From contig CAWFFN010000005.1 in NCBI GenBank assembly GCA_963815115.1, forward strand, positions 704,001 to 768,000: a DNA stretch of 64,000 nucleotides. Reading direction: 5' to 3'. Numbering within the stretch: the first letter of the stretch is position 1; each line of letters opens with the position of its first letter. A model generated the notes under the pieces. That model was not told the origin of the DNA. It made no database searches and saw only the letters and a program-made list of their open reading frames with translations. Of this stretch, positions 21,474 to 31,079 are shown one piece after another. The stretch is from an uncultured delta proteobacterium. GTDB taxonomy: Bacteria; Desulfobacterota; Binatia; DP-6. The position numbers and the translations under genes are program-made.

Positions 21474-22049
21474 ATGCTGCACCTGGGCTCGAGCACCGGC
21501 TCGGCGTGGCTTGCCCGCGCCCTCGCGCATCTGGACGAGATCCTCGTCGACCATGCCCATTGCGAGAAGAAGGCGGCGTCCACGGCGCTCAGCCTGCTTT
21601 TTCGCTATCCCGAGCAGACGGTGCTGCTCGCGCCGCTCGCCCGCCTCGCCCGCGACGAGCTGGCGCACTTCGAGGAGGTGCTCGAGCGACTGAAGGCCCG
21701 GGGGCTGGGACTCCGGCGCCAGCGCCCGAGCCCGTATGCCGCCGAGCTTCTCGCGGGCATCCGCGCGGCCGAGCCCGGGCGTCTGGTCGACACCCTCCTC
21801 TGCATGGCGCTCATCGAAGCGCGGAGCTGCGAGCGCCTGCAGCTCCTGGCCGGGTCCGTCGAGGACGCGGACCTGGCCGCGCTCTTCGCCGGCCTGGTCG
21901 CCGGCGAAGCCCGCCACCACCGTGCCTACGTCGAGCTGGCCGAGCGCATCGCCCCGCAGGACGAGGTGTCGCGGCGGCTCGACGAGCTCGCCCGACACGA
22001 GGCGGCGGTGCTGGCTCGAGCCCCCGCCTGGCCCCGCCTGCACGCGTGA
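21474..22049 (+). CDS. miaE: tRNA-(ms2io6A)-hydroxylase MiaE
   Basis: DHAHCEKKAA, DELAHF, IEARSCER, EARHH diiron motifs. Confidence 0.93.
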   Translation: MLHLGSSTGSAWLARALAHLDEILVDHAHCEKKAASTALSLLFRYPEQTVLLAPLARLARDELAHFEEVLERLKARGLGLRRQRPSPYAAELLAGIRAAEPGRLVDTLLCMALIEARSCERLQLLAGSVEDADLAALFAGLVAGEARHHRAYVELAERIAPQDEVSRRLDELARHEAAVLARAPAWPRLHA

Positions 22050-22111
22050 GACGGCCGCTTCGCAGGCGGCGGTCATCCGCGCTATAGAATCGCAAACCGA
22101 AGGAGTTCCCG

Positions 22112-23953
22112 ATGAGTACCGCGTCGACACCCTCCCAGTCGCGTCCCGAGCCGCACGCGCTCGCGGGCAGCGCCATGACCTGCGCCGACATGATCGTGCA
22201 GGTGCTCGCCGACGAGGGGGTGGACACGCTCTTCGGCTACAGCGGGGGGGCCATCCTCCCGACCTACGACGCCATCTTCCGCTACAACGGGACCCACCCG
22301 CAGCGCGAGATGCGGCTCGTCGTCCCGGCGACGGAGCAGGGAGCCGGCTTCATGGCCGCCGGGTATGCGCGCTCGACCGGGCGGGTCGGCGTGTTCGTCG
22401 TCACGTCGGGCCCGGGCGCCACCAACTCGGTGACCCCGGTGCGCGACTGCCAGGCCGACTCGGTTCCGGTCGTGCTGATCACCGGGCAGGTGCCGCGCGC
22501 GGCGATGGGCACCGACGCGTTCCAGGAGGCGCCGGTCTTCAACATCATGGCCGCGTGCGCCAAGCACATCTTCCTGCTGACTGACGAGAGCAAGGTCGAG
22601 GCGACCATCCGGACCGCCTTCGACATCGCGCGGCACGGACGCCCCGGCCCGGTCGTCGTGGACATCCCGCGCGACGTCCAGCTGGCGCAGGGTGTCTTCC
22701 GTGGCAGCGGGCTGCTGCCGCTCCACGGCTACACCGAGCGCATCGATTCGCTCGAGCACGCGGTCATCTCGCCGGCCGACGCGCAGGCGTTCTTCGGCCT
22801 GCTGGCGGCCTCCGAGCGCCCCCTCCTCTACGTCGGCGGCGGCGTCATCAACAGCGACGCGGCAACCGAGCTGCGCGCCTTCGCGCAGCGCTTCGGCATC
22901 CCGGTGGTCACCACGCTGATGGGGATCGGCGCCGTCGACACCACAAGCGAGCTGTCGCTGCGCATGCTCGGCATGCACGGCATGGCCTTCGCCAACTACG
23001 CCGTCGAGGACTGCGACTTCCTCATCGCGATCGGCTCGCGCTTCGACGACCGCGTCGCCGGCAAGGTGAAGGAGTTCGCGCCCAACGCGCAGATCGCCCA
23101 CCTCGACATCGACGCCTCCGAGATCGGCAAGGTGAAGAACGTCGACTGGGCGCACGTCGCCGATGCCAAGCGCGGGATCAAGCAGCTGATGGACGCGGGG
23201 GCGGGGTTCAAGAAGAGCTTCGGACCGTGGCGCGCCCACGTCACCGAGCTGAAGCGCCGGCACGCGCTCAACTACAACCGCGGCTCGGACAAGATCCAGG
23301 CGGAGTACGTCCTGGAGGAGCTGAACAAGATCACGCGCGGCGAGGCCATCGTGTCCACCGGCGTCGGCCAGCACCAGATGTGGGCCGCGCAGTACCTCGA
23401 CTTCGTGGCGCCGCGCACCTGGCTCACCTCGGGAAGCATGGGCACCATGGGCTTCGGTCTACCGGCCGCCATCGGGGCCCAGCTCGCCCATCCGGGCGCG
23501 CTGGTGATCGATATCGACGGCGACGGGAGCATCCGCATGAACCTCGGCGAGCTCGAGACGCTCACGACATACGACATCCCCGTGAAGGTGCTGATTCTCA
23601 ACAACCTCGGCGACGGCATGGTGCGGCAGTGGCAGGACCTGTTCTACGCCAACCGCTACTCCGGCTCCGACAAGACCCTTCACAAGAAGGACTTCATCAA
23701 GGCCGCGGAAGCCGACGGCTTCGGGTTCGCGCAGCGCGCCACCGAGCCGGCACAGGTACCGGCCATGCTGGAGGCGTTCGTGCGCTTCCCGGGGCCGGCG
23801 TTCCTCGAGGTGATGGTCGATCCGGGCGCCCACGTCTACCCGATGGTGGGCCCGGGCATGGGCTACAAGGACATGATCACCGGCAAGTGGATCCCGGGCC
23901 GCGACAAGAGCTCCCCGAGCGGCGGAGTGGATCCGACCGGCGGAATGTTTTAG
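22112..23953 (+). CDS. ilvB: Acetolactate synthase large subunit
   Basis: FGYSGGAIL, TSGPGATN, GVGQHQMW, GTMGFGLPAAIGA, DGDGS ThDP motif. Confidence 0.95.
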   Translation: MSTASTPSQSRPEPHALAGSAMTCADMIVQVLADEGVDTLFGYSGGAILPTYDAIFRYNGTHPQREMRLVVPATEQGAGFMAAGYARSTGRVGVFVVTSGPGATNSVTPVRDCQADSVPVVLITGQVPRAAMGTDAFQEAPVFNIMAACAKHIFLLTDESKVEATIRTAFDIARHGRPGPVVVDIPRDVQLAQGVFRGSGLLPLHGYTERIDSLEHAVISPADAQAFFGLLAASERPLLYVGGGVINSDAATELRAFAQRFGIPVVTTLMGIGAVDTTSELSLRMLGMHGMAFANYAVEDCDFLIAIGSRFDDRVAGKVKEFAPNAQIAHLDIDASEIGKVKNVDWAHVADAKRGIKQLMDAGAGFKKSFGPWRAHVTELKRRHALNYNRGSDKIQAEYVLEELNKITRGEAIVSTGVGQHQMWAAQYLDFVAPRTWLTSGSMGTMGFGLPAAIGAQLAHPGALVIDIDGDGSIRMNLGELETLTTYDIPVKVLILNNLGDGMVRQWQDLFYANRYSGSDKTLHKKDFIKAAEADGFGFAQRATEPAQVPAMLEAFVRFPGPAFLEVMVDPGAHVYPMVGPGMGYKDMITGKWIPGRDKSSPSGGVDPTGGMF

Positions 23954-23955
23954 GG

Positions 23956-24197
23956 TCGACGCGAGACTCCGTCTCGGGTCGAGAGCGAGTGTGTGGCGTT
24001 CGGTGGCTCGGGCGAACGCCGTGCCGCGGCCGGCGAAGCCGGCGCGGCAATGCAAGGCACGCCCGAAACTTTCGCCTAGGGCGTCTTGCTCCGAATCGTA
24101 TGCCGCGGCGGCTTTGCCGCCCGCGGCACGACGTCCGCACCGTTCATCACGTTTGACTCTCGCTCTCCGGCTCGCCCCGAGACGAAGTCTCGGGGCG
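23956..24197 (+). repeat. Nested-palindrome repeat copy A (~240 bp)
   Basis: Terminal hairpins 23956-23982 and 24173-24197; inner inverted pair GTGCCGCGGCCGGCGAAGCCGGCGCGGCA (24021-24049) / 24101-24130. Confidence 0.92.
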
Positions 24198-24591
24198 CCA
24201 CCCGTGCTCCGTGCGCGATCAGAAACGTCTGGACGCGCGGGACCAGGTCGCCCTGCACGACGATGGTGTCGTCGTCGACGGTCGCACCCACCCCGAGCGC
24301 GCGCCGGATTGCGCGTGCGAGCGAGTCGAGCCGGCGCGCGTCGAGGCGGAGCCCGGCGACGACCGTGGCGGTCTTGCCGCCGTGGCCCTTGCGCTCCCGC
24401 CGCAGCGTGATCCTGGTGCTGCCGGCGAGATCCGGAACGTCGGAATTGGCGGCCGGGATCGCGGGTCCGGCCGCCGGCGGTGCGGCGCGCGGCGCGCTGC
24501 CGGTGACGCCCTGACGCGCGAGAAGCTCCGCCAGCGTAGCGAGCGGGATCGGAGGAGGCCTCTCGGGCGTCGGGGGGCGTCGCCGGCCCAT
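24076..24591 (-). CDS. SUI1/YciH translation initiation factor with repeat-derived C-terminal extension
   Basis: RRERKGHGGKTATVV...LGVGATV...IVVQGD SUI1 motifs; last ~40 codons lie inside repeat copy A. Confidence 0.88.
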   Translation of the reverse strand: MGRRRPPTPERPPPIPLATLAELLARQGVTGSAPRAAPPAAGPAIPAANSDVPDLAGSTRITLRRERKGHGGKTATVVAGLRLDARRLDSLARAIRRALGVGATVDDDTIVVQGDLVPRVQTFLIAHGARVAPRDFVSGRAGERESNVMNGADVVPRAAKPPRHTIRSKTP

Positions 24592-24635
24592 CGGGTATCC
24601 GCGGGATGCCGCCGCGCTGCGGCCGGGCGGGGTGC

Positions 24636-24848
24636 TCAGTTCCCCTCGTATTTGAAGCTCAGCTTCACCTTGGCGCGATAGGCGCGAATCTTGCCGTCCT
24701 CGATCTGGAGATCGAGCTGGGAGATCTCCGCGATCCGCAGATCGCGCAGCGTCTTCGACGCCTTCGTGACCGCCGCCGCGGCGGCCTTCTCCCACGACTC
24801 GCTGCTGGTCCCCACCAGCTCGATGATCTTGTAGACGCTCTCAGCCAT
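24636..24848 (-). CDS. Dodecin family flavin-binding protein
   Basis: SVYKIIELVGTSSESWEKAA...YRAKVKLSFKYE; GGAGG RBS. Confidence 0.93.
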   Translation of the reverse strand: MAESVYKIIELVGTSSESWEKAAAAAVTKASKTLRDLRIAEISQLDLQIEDGKIRAYRAKVKLSFKYEGN

Positions 24849-24986
24849 GGCTCGTCCTCCTCTGGTCGAAATCAAGGTCTACGCGATCTGCCGGACTTCC
24901 GGATATAGCCGTGAACGCGAGGGAAGGGGAAGGGGGCGTGCGCCGTGCGGCTGGCCCGTGCGGCGGCGTGGGGTAAAAGGACTCCC

Positions 24987-25664
24987 ATGTGTGGCCGCAT
25001 CGTGCGCACCAGTCCCGCCGAGGTGCTGGCGGCGGAGTTCGATGCCCGGCCCGCGCCCGGAATCGACCTGCACCCACGCTACAACCTGTGCCCGGGAGAC
25101 GACCTGGTCGTCGTGGTGCGCAAGGGCGAGGAACGCCGGCTCGGCACGGTACGCTGGGGGTTCGTCCCGCGCTTCGCCGCGGCTCCGGACGAGGCGCCGC
25201 GCTCGATCAACGCCCGCGCCGAGACCGTCGCCGTTCGACCGCCGTTCCGCGATGCCTTCCGGCGCCGCCGGTGCCTCGTCGCGGTGGACGGCTTCTACGA
25301 GTGGCGTCGGGAGGGACGCCGGCGGCAGCCGTATCTCGTTCGCCTGCGCTCCCACCGCCCGATGGCGCTTGCCGGCCTGTGGGAGCGCTGGCGCCCGCGA
25401 GAGGGCCAGCCGCTCCTGACCGGTCTCGTCATCACCTGTCCGGCGACGGGACGGCTGGCAGCGATCCACGACCGCATGCCGGTGATCCTCGCACCCGAAG
25501 GGGCGGCGCGCTGGCTCGATCCGACGATCGAGGACCCGCACGTCCTGCGGGGGCTTCTCGTGTCTGCGCCGGACGAGGAGCTCGAGATCCAGCCGGTGTC
25601 GCTGCTCGTCAACTCGCCGCGGAACGACTCGCCGGAATGCCTGACGCCGGAGCCCCCAGCATGA
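24987..25664 (+). CDS. SOS response-associated peptidase (SRAP/YedK/HMCES) abasic-site protein
   Basis: MCGR N-terminus, INARAET, GFYEW, IHDRMPVIL. Confidence 0.95.
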   Translation: MCGRIVRTSPAEVLAAEFDARPAPGIDLHPRYNLCPGDDLVVVVRKGEERRLGTVRWGFVPRFAAAPDEAPRSINARAETVAVRPPFRDAFRRRRCLVAVDGFYEWRREGRRRQPYLVRLRSHRPMALAGLWERWRPREGQPLLTGLVITCPATGRLAAIHDRMPVILAPEGAARWLDPTIEDPHVLRGLLVSAPDEELEIQPVSLLVNSPRNDSPECLTPEPPA

Positions 25665-26769
25665 AGTCGACCACCGCGGCCCACAGGGCCTCGAAGCGTG
25701 CCGTCGTGCAGCCCGAGCCGGTGGTGATCCAGTCGATGTGCGGCGGATCGTGCGCCGCATCGCCGAAGTGCCCGACCACGTCGAGGTGATCGGCCTGCAC
25801 CGCGGCGATCACCTCGCCCCACGGCTGCGAGCGCGTCGGCACCATGCCGTCGTTGGCGGCCGCGTCGGGGAGCGTGCCGAACGCGGTGCGCAGGACGTCG
25901 GCCTGCGCGTCATCCAGGGGCGGCATCCGGTCCGGCGCGAGGCGCACGAGCCGGTGGAGGGCCGCGTACACCGCGAGGGTCGCCTGCGCAGCGGGGTCGA
26001 GTCCGACCGCCAGGGTCGATGCGATGCCGGGCGGGTGCCCGAGGGTCACCACCGACCCCGCGCGCACACCCGCTCGCAAGTGCGTGCAGGCGTTGAAGAC
26101 CTCCATGGCTTCCGGGGTGAGCTGGACGAGCAGGGACTGGTCGCCCCCGACCTCGCTGAAGAAGGCCGCCAGGGCGCGGCGGCGCTCGGGTGAGAAGTCG
26201 GCCAGGAGCTGGGCGAAGATCTCGTCGAGGAGCGCGCTGTTCAACCCGAACAGGCCATCCATGCGCGCGACGACGGCCCCGAGCTGGACGAGGGCCGAGA
26301 GCGGGAGATGGCCGAACCGGAGCACGGAGATGGTGGCGAGCGACAGCACCTGCAGCAGCTTCTGCCCGAGCACGCTGGTGAAGAAGGCCGCCAGGGGCGT
26401 GCCGTGGTGGGGGGTGGCGATGGTGACGGCGGTGCGCACCTGCGCGGCGTAGCGCTCGACGTCGAGGTCGGTCGGCAGCGTCACCCCCGGGGTGAGCAGC
26501 AGCCGGACATCCAGGCCGCCGCTCGAGTGGCCGATCAAGTGCACCGGGCCCTCGTCGTCCTGGAGCGTCTCCGCCATCGCCGACAGAACGCGCTCGGCCC
26601 GGCGCGTCAGCGAAGCGGTGGGGCGGGTCCTGACCACCTCGACGTGCACGCCGAGGCCGCGGCGAGCGAACGCGCCCACGAGATACTCGCGCACGTGCGC
26701 GAAGTACTTGAGGTCTCCCAGGTTGGCGAAGCCGAAGAAACCCGGCACCAGATACGCGTGATGAACCAC
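25609..26769 (-). CDS. Lipase-like alpha/beta hydrolase
   Basis: LVPGFFGF oxyanion loop, GHSSGG nucleophile, ATPHHGTP, NDGMVP, ADHLDVVG. Confidence 0.88.
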   Translation of the reverse strand: MVHHAYLVPGFFGFANLGDLKYFAHVREYLVGAFARRGLGVHVEVVRTRPTASLTRRAERVLSAMAETLQDDEGPVHLIGHSSGGLDVRLLLTPGVTLPTDLDVERYAAQVRTAVTIATPHHGTPLAAFFTSVLGQKLLQVLSLATISVLRFGHLPLSALVQLGAVVARMDGLFGLNSALLDEIFAQLLADFSPERRRALAAFFSEVGGDQSLLVQLTPEAMEVFNACTHLRAGVRAGSVVTLGHPPGIASTLAVGLDPAAQATLAVYAALHRLVRLAPDRMPPLDDAQADVLRTAFGTLPDAAANDGMVPTRSQPWGEVIAAVQADHLDVVGHFGDAAHDPPHIDWITTGSGCTTARFEALWAAVVDFMLGAPASGIPASRSAAS

Positions 26770-26907
26770 GGGTCCCGAGCTAGCACGTCCGCCACGTGCC
26801 GCCGAGCGGACGCCGGGTGCAGTGGACGACGAGTGGTGGGCCGCGGCGGAGATTGCCGCCGGAGGTACCCTTGCCACCTGGTTTCCGGGTATGCTCCTCT
26901 GCCGCGA

Positions 26908-28281
26908 ATGTCCAGGTCCACTCCCACGTCCACTCCAAGGTACGTCGTGGCAGTCATCGGGGGGGCGACCGCCGGCGCCGAGGCCGCGGCCATGCTCGCG
27001 AAGCGCGGCGCGCTGGTGGTCGTCTTCGAGCAGAACGTGCGGCCCTACGGCAAGATCGAGGATGGCCTGCCGCGATGGCACGTGAAGCTGCGGCGCAAGG
27101 AATACGAGACCATCAACAACAAGCTCTCCCGCCCGGGTGTGCACTTCGTGCCCTGCACCAAGATCGGCCGCGACATCGACTTTCCGGCGCTGGTCTCGGA
27201 GTGGGGCTTCAGCGCCGTGCTGCTCGCCCACGGTGCCTGGCGCGATCGCCCGCTGCCCCTGGCCGGTGCGGACGACTACCTGGACAAGGGCCTCGTGTAC
27301 CAGAATTCCTTCATCTACTGGTTCAATCACTACGCAGAGCGCGAGTACGGCGGACCCCAGTACGAGGCCGCCGACGGCGCCCTCGTGGTGGGTGGTGGTC
27401 TGGCGTCGATCGACGTCCTGAAGGTGCTGCAGATCGAGACCGTGCGGGCCGCCCTCGCCGAGCGAGGCATCGACGAGGCAATGCTGCGGATCGAGCAGGA
27501 AGGCGTCCCGGCCGTGCTCGACGAGCATGGCTTCTCCTGGGACGAGCTCGGCCTCCGCGGCGCCACCCTCATCTATCGCCGGCGCGTCGAGGACATGCCG
27601 CTCGCCGACATGCCCGACGACGCGGACGAGGCACGGCGCCACAAGTTCGAGACCACCCGCCGGCGCATCCTCGAGAAGGCGATGCAGAAATACTGCTTCA
27701 ACGTGCGCGCCCAGCGTGTGCCGGTCGGGCTCCTCACCGAGGGCGACCGCCTGGTCGGGCTGCGTCTCCAGCGGACGCGCGTCGAGGGTGGGCGCGCGGT
27801 GCCGGTCGACGGTGCGTTCGAGGACCTCGGCGCCCCGCTGGTGGTGAGCTCCATCGGAAGCGTGCCGGAGCCCATGGAGGGCGTCGAGCAGGACGGCCAC
27901 CTCTACCGCTGGGCCGATCCCGACCTCGGTCGTCTCGGCGGCTACGACTCGGTGTTCAGCACCGGCAACGTGGTGACGGGCAAGGGCAACATCGTCGCGT
28001 CCCGCAAGCACAGCGTGCGGGTCACCACGCACGTGATCGAGCAGTACCTCGGGCTGGGCAACGGCCGTCACGAGGGCGAGGAGGCGCTGCTCGCCGAGAC
28101 CGCCGCCGAGGGAGACGAGGCTGCGGAGGCGCTGATGGCGTCGCTGCGCAGCAGGCCGCCGCTCGAGCCCGCGGCGGTCGAGGCGCTGCTGGCGCGAGTC
28201 CGCGTGCGCAGCGATGCCGTGGGCTACACGTCGTCCTACCGCGAGTGGCTGATGCGCGTGACGCCGAGCGACCTTGCCTGA
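26908..28281 (+). CDS. FAD/NAD(P)-dependent oxidoreductase (ferredoxin-NADP reductase/GltD-like)
   Basis: VAVIGGATAG, PYGKIEDGLPRWH, VVGGGLASID, IYRRR motifs. Confidence 0.82.
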   Translation: MSRSTPTSTPRYVVAVIGGATAGAEAAAMLAKRGALVVVFEQNVRPYGKIEDGLPRWHVKLRRKEYETINNKLSRPGVHFVPCTKIGRDIDFPALVSEWGFSAVLLAHGAWRDRPLPLAGADDYLDKGLVYQNSFIYWFNHYAEREYGGPQYEAADGALVVGGGLASIDVLKVLQIETVRAALAERGIDEAMLRIEQEGVPAVLDEHGFSWDELGLRGATLIYRRRVEDMPLADMPDDADEARRHKFETTRRRILEKAMQKYCFNVRAQRVPVGLLTEGDRLVGLRLQRTRVEGGRAVPVDGAFEDLGAPLVVSSIGSVPEPMEGVEQDGHLYRWADPDLGRLGGYDSVFSTGNVVTGKGNIVASRKHSVRVTTHVIEQYLGLGNGRHEGEEALLAETAAEGDEAAEALMASLRSRPPLEPAAVEALLARVRVRSDAVGYTSSYREWLMRVTPSDLA

Positions 28282-28339
28282 CCGGGTCATGGACGACATG
28301 GTTCGCGTCGTCACCGGCGTGACCGCCTGAGGCCGCGAC

Positions 28340-29002
28340 GTGCCCGTCCGCCGCTTCCCCGATCCGCGCTCCGCCACCCGCGACGGGCTGGTCGCCGTGG
28401 GCGGCGACCTCGAGCCGGCCACCCTGCGCCTGGCCTACGAGCAGGGCATCTTCCCGTGGCCCGTGCAGGGACTGCCGCTGCTCTGGTTCTCCCCGGCGGA
28501 GCGCGGCGTCCTCGAGTTCGCCTCCCTGCGCGTGCCCCGCAGCCTGGCGCGCGCCCGCCGGAAGGATCCCTTTCGCCTGACGGTCGACGCCGATTTTCCC
28601 GGCGTCATCCGTGCCTGCGCCCGCACGCCGCGCCCGGGCCAGGACGGCACGTGGATCACCGACGAGATCGTCGAGGCCTACGTCCGGCTGCACCGGCTCG
28701 GCATCGCCCACAGCGTGGAGGCGTGGGCGGAGGAGCGCCTGGTCGGAGGCATCTACGGCGTGGAGGTGGACGGCGCCTTTGCCGCGGAGAGCATGTTCTA
28801 CCGGGAGGCCAACGCCTCCAAGCTCGCGCTCCTGCACCTCGTCGACCGGCTCGGCGCCCGCGGTCTTGACTGGCTGGACATCCAGGTCCTGACGCCGCAC
28901 ATGGCCCGCCTCGGGGCTCGCGCCATGCCGCGCGATGTCTTCCTCCGCCGGCTCGCCGCCACCCGTGCCCGCGGGCTGCGCCTCTTCGCGCCCGGGCGGT
29001 AG
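28340..29002 (+). CDS. aat: Leucyl/phenylalanyl-tRNA--protein transferase
   Basis: GLVAVGGDL, AYEQGIFPW, GTWIT, AHSVEAW, ESMF, NASK. Confidence 0.95.
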   Translation: MPVRRFPDPRSATRDGLVAVGGDLEPATLRLAYEQGIFPWPVQGLPLLWFSPAERGVLEFASLRVPRSLARARRKDPFRLTVDADFPGVIRACARTPRPGQDGTWITDEIVEAYVRLHRLGIAHSVEAWAEERLVGGIYGVEVDGAFAAESMFYREANASKLALLHLVDRLGARGLDWLDIQVLTPHMARLGARAMPRDVFLRRLAATRARGLRLFAPGR

Positions 29003-29070
29003 CGGCCCTCGGGGATTCAACAGCGTGTCCACCGTGTTACGGTGACGCGCCGGAGCGAGGAGGCGACGTC

Positions 29071-30789
29071 ATGCCCGAGAACTTCTTTCACCGTGACATG
29101 CAGCTCTTCATCGACCACCGGTTCGACTGGGAGCGCTATCTCCGGCTTCGCCGTGGCACGCCCCTCAACGTGGCCGACGAGGTCGCGACCTACAAGGACG
29201 TCCTCCGCACCACGGGTGAGATCTGCGAGGCGATCGAGGAAGGTGCGCGCGGGCACTGGCACGAGGAGGTGAAGCTCGACCACGGAACGGTCGTCGTGCC
29301 GCCGCACATCGCCGCCGGGTACGAGAAGCTGCGTGGCGCCGGGCTCCTCTGCCTCACCATGGATCCGCAGTACGGCGGCTATGGCCTGCCCGCGCTCGTC
29401 AACACGACCTACCTCGAGATGGTGGCGCGTGCCGACGCGAGCCTGATGACCATCATCGGCCTGCAAGCGGGCGTCGCGCTCGACATCGAGAAGTACGGCA
29501 GCGACGAGCTGAAGAAGCGCTACCTGCCCGGCTTCGTCGCCGGCGAGCTCCAGGGGTCGATGGACCTGACGGAGCCGCAGGCGGGGTCCGATCTCGGCGG
29601 CATCACGACCCGCGTCACGAAGGAAGGCGATCGCTACTTCATCGACGGCGAGAAGATCTACATCACCAATGGCGGCTCGCACATCCATCTCGTTCTTGCC
29701 CGCGATGCCGCGACCTACGACCAGTCGAAGAACACGACCAACGGCCTCAACCTGATGCTCTGTCCCGTCACGCTGCCCGACGGGCGCCGGAACGGGATGC
29801 GCGTGGCGCGGGTCGAGTCGAAGCTCGGCATCCATGGGTCGCCCACCTGCGTCATCGAGTTCGACCACGCCGAGGCCTACCTCCTCGCCACACCGGGGCA
29901 GGGGTTCCGGGCCATGCTCGACCTCATGAACAATGCTCGCCTCGGCGTCGCCGCCCAGGCGATCGGGATCGCGGAGGCCGCCTACGCGGCGGCGCGCGAG
30001 TACGCCGCCCAGCGGGTGCAGTTCGGAGGCCCGATCCTGCAGCAGCCCCTGGTCAAGTCGATGCTCACGCTGATGCGGATCAACATCGAGGCGGCGCGCG
30101 CGCTGCTCTACCGCACCTCGGGGTTGATCGACGTCACCGAGGCGATCCGCACCCACCTCGAGTCGGGCCGCGTCGCGAACGGTCCCGAAGCGATCAAGCT
30201 GCAGGAGGAGCTCGAGCGCAACACGCAGCTGATCCGGTTCTTCACGCCACTGTGCAAGTACTTCGCGACCGAGATCAGCAACCACGTGACCCGTCAGGGC
30301 ATCCAGGTCCACGGCGGGATCGGCTACATGGCCGAGACGCCCGCGGGGCACTACCATTCCGACTCGATCATCACCACCATCTACGAAGGGACCTCGGAGA
30401 TCCAGGCGAGCTTCGCGCTGAAGGAGATGGCGAAGGGCGCGCTCTTCGCGACCCTGGAGACGATCGACGGCGAGCTCGCGGCGGTGAAGGGGCATCCCGA
30501 CCTCGCGCAGCTGGTCAGTGACGGCGTGAAGACGATCCGGGACTCGGTGACGCACCTGATGGGCGATCCGCAGTACGCCCTGCTGAACGCGAAGCGCGTC
30601 GCCGAGATGGTGATCGACGTGGTGGTGAGCGCCGAGCTGCTCTGCCAGGCGGACCTGGCGGAGGGGCGGGCCGAGCTGGCGCGGAGCTTCATCCACCGTC
30701 ACATCCCCCGCGTGCGGGTGAACGCCGAGCGCATCAGCAGCGGCGATGCCTCGCGCATCGCGCGCTACGACAAGATCCTGGGACTCTAG
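29071..30789 (+). CDS. Acyl-CoA dehydrogenase (long form)
   Basis: MDLTEPQAGSDL, KLGIHGSPT, RVQFG, QVHGGIGY, IYEGTSEIQ. Confidence 0.93.
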   Translation: MPENFFHRDMQLFIDHRFDWERYLRLRRGTPLNVADEVATYKDVLRTTGEICEAIEEGARGHWHEEVKLDHGTVVVPPHIAAGYEKLRGAGLLCLTMDPQYGGYGLPALVNTTYLEMVARADASLMTIIGLQAGVALDIEKYGSDELKKRYLPGFVAGELQGSMDLTEPQAGSDLGGITTRVTKEGDRYFIDGEKIYITNGGSHIHLVLARDAATYDQSKNTTNGLNLMLCPVTLPDGRRNGMRVARVESKLGIHGSPTCVIEFDHAEAYLLATPGQGFRAMLDLMNNARLGVAAQAIGIAEAAYAAAREYAAQRVQFGGPILQQPLVKSMLTLMRINIEAARALLYRTSGLIDVTEAIRTHLESGRVANGPEAIKLQEELERNTQLIRFFTPLCKYFATEISNHVTRQGIQVHGGIGYMAETPAGHYHSDSIITTIYEGTSEIQASFALKEMAKGALFATLETIDGELAAVKGHPDLAQLVSDGVKTIRDSVTHLMGDPQYALLNAKRVAEMVIDVVVSAELLCQADLAEGRAELARSFIHRHIPRVRVNAERISSGDASRIARYDKILGL

Positions 30790-30793
30790 TCGG

Positions 30794-31079
30794 TCGACCC
30801 GAGACTGCGTCTCGGGTCGAGAGCGGAGGCGAGGGTGTGGCGTTCGGTGCATCGAGCGAGCGCCGTGCCGCGGCCGGCGAAGCCGGCGCGGCAACACGTG
30901 GCACGCGCGAGGCTCGCGCTCAGTGCGTCCCAGGCCACCTGCGCGCACGGCGCTCGGCGACAGGCATGCGCTCCGAACCGTCTGCCGCGGCGGCTTCGCC
31001 GGCCGCGGCACGGCACCCGCACTGTTCATCTCGTGCCATGCTCGCCCTCCGTCTCGACCCGAGACGAAGTCTCGGGTCG
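30794..31079 (+). repeat. Nested-palindrome repeat copy B (longest, ~286 bp)
   Basis: TCGACCCGAGAC-TGC-GTCTCGGGTCGA (30794-30820); 32-bp inverted pair 30862-30893/30983-31014; CGACCCGAGAC-GAA-GTCTCGGGTCG (31055-31079). Confidence 0.93.

Noticed and set aside
25609-28422. 937-aa ORF as a lipase fusion
   Set aside because: The N-terminal part is antisense to the flavoprotein gene; the lipase begins near 26769.
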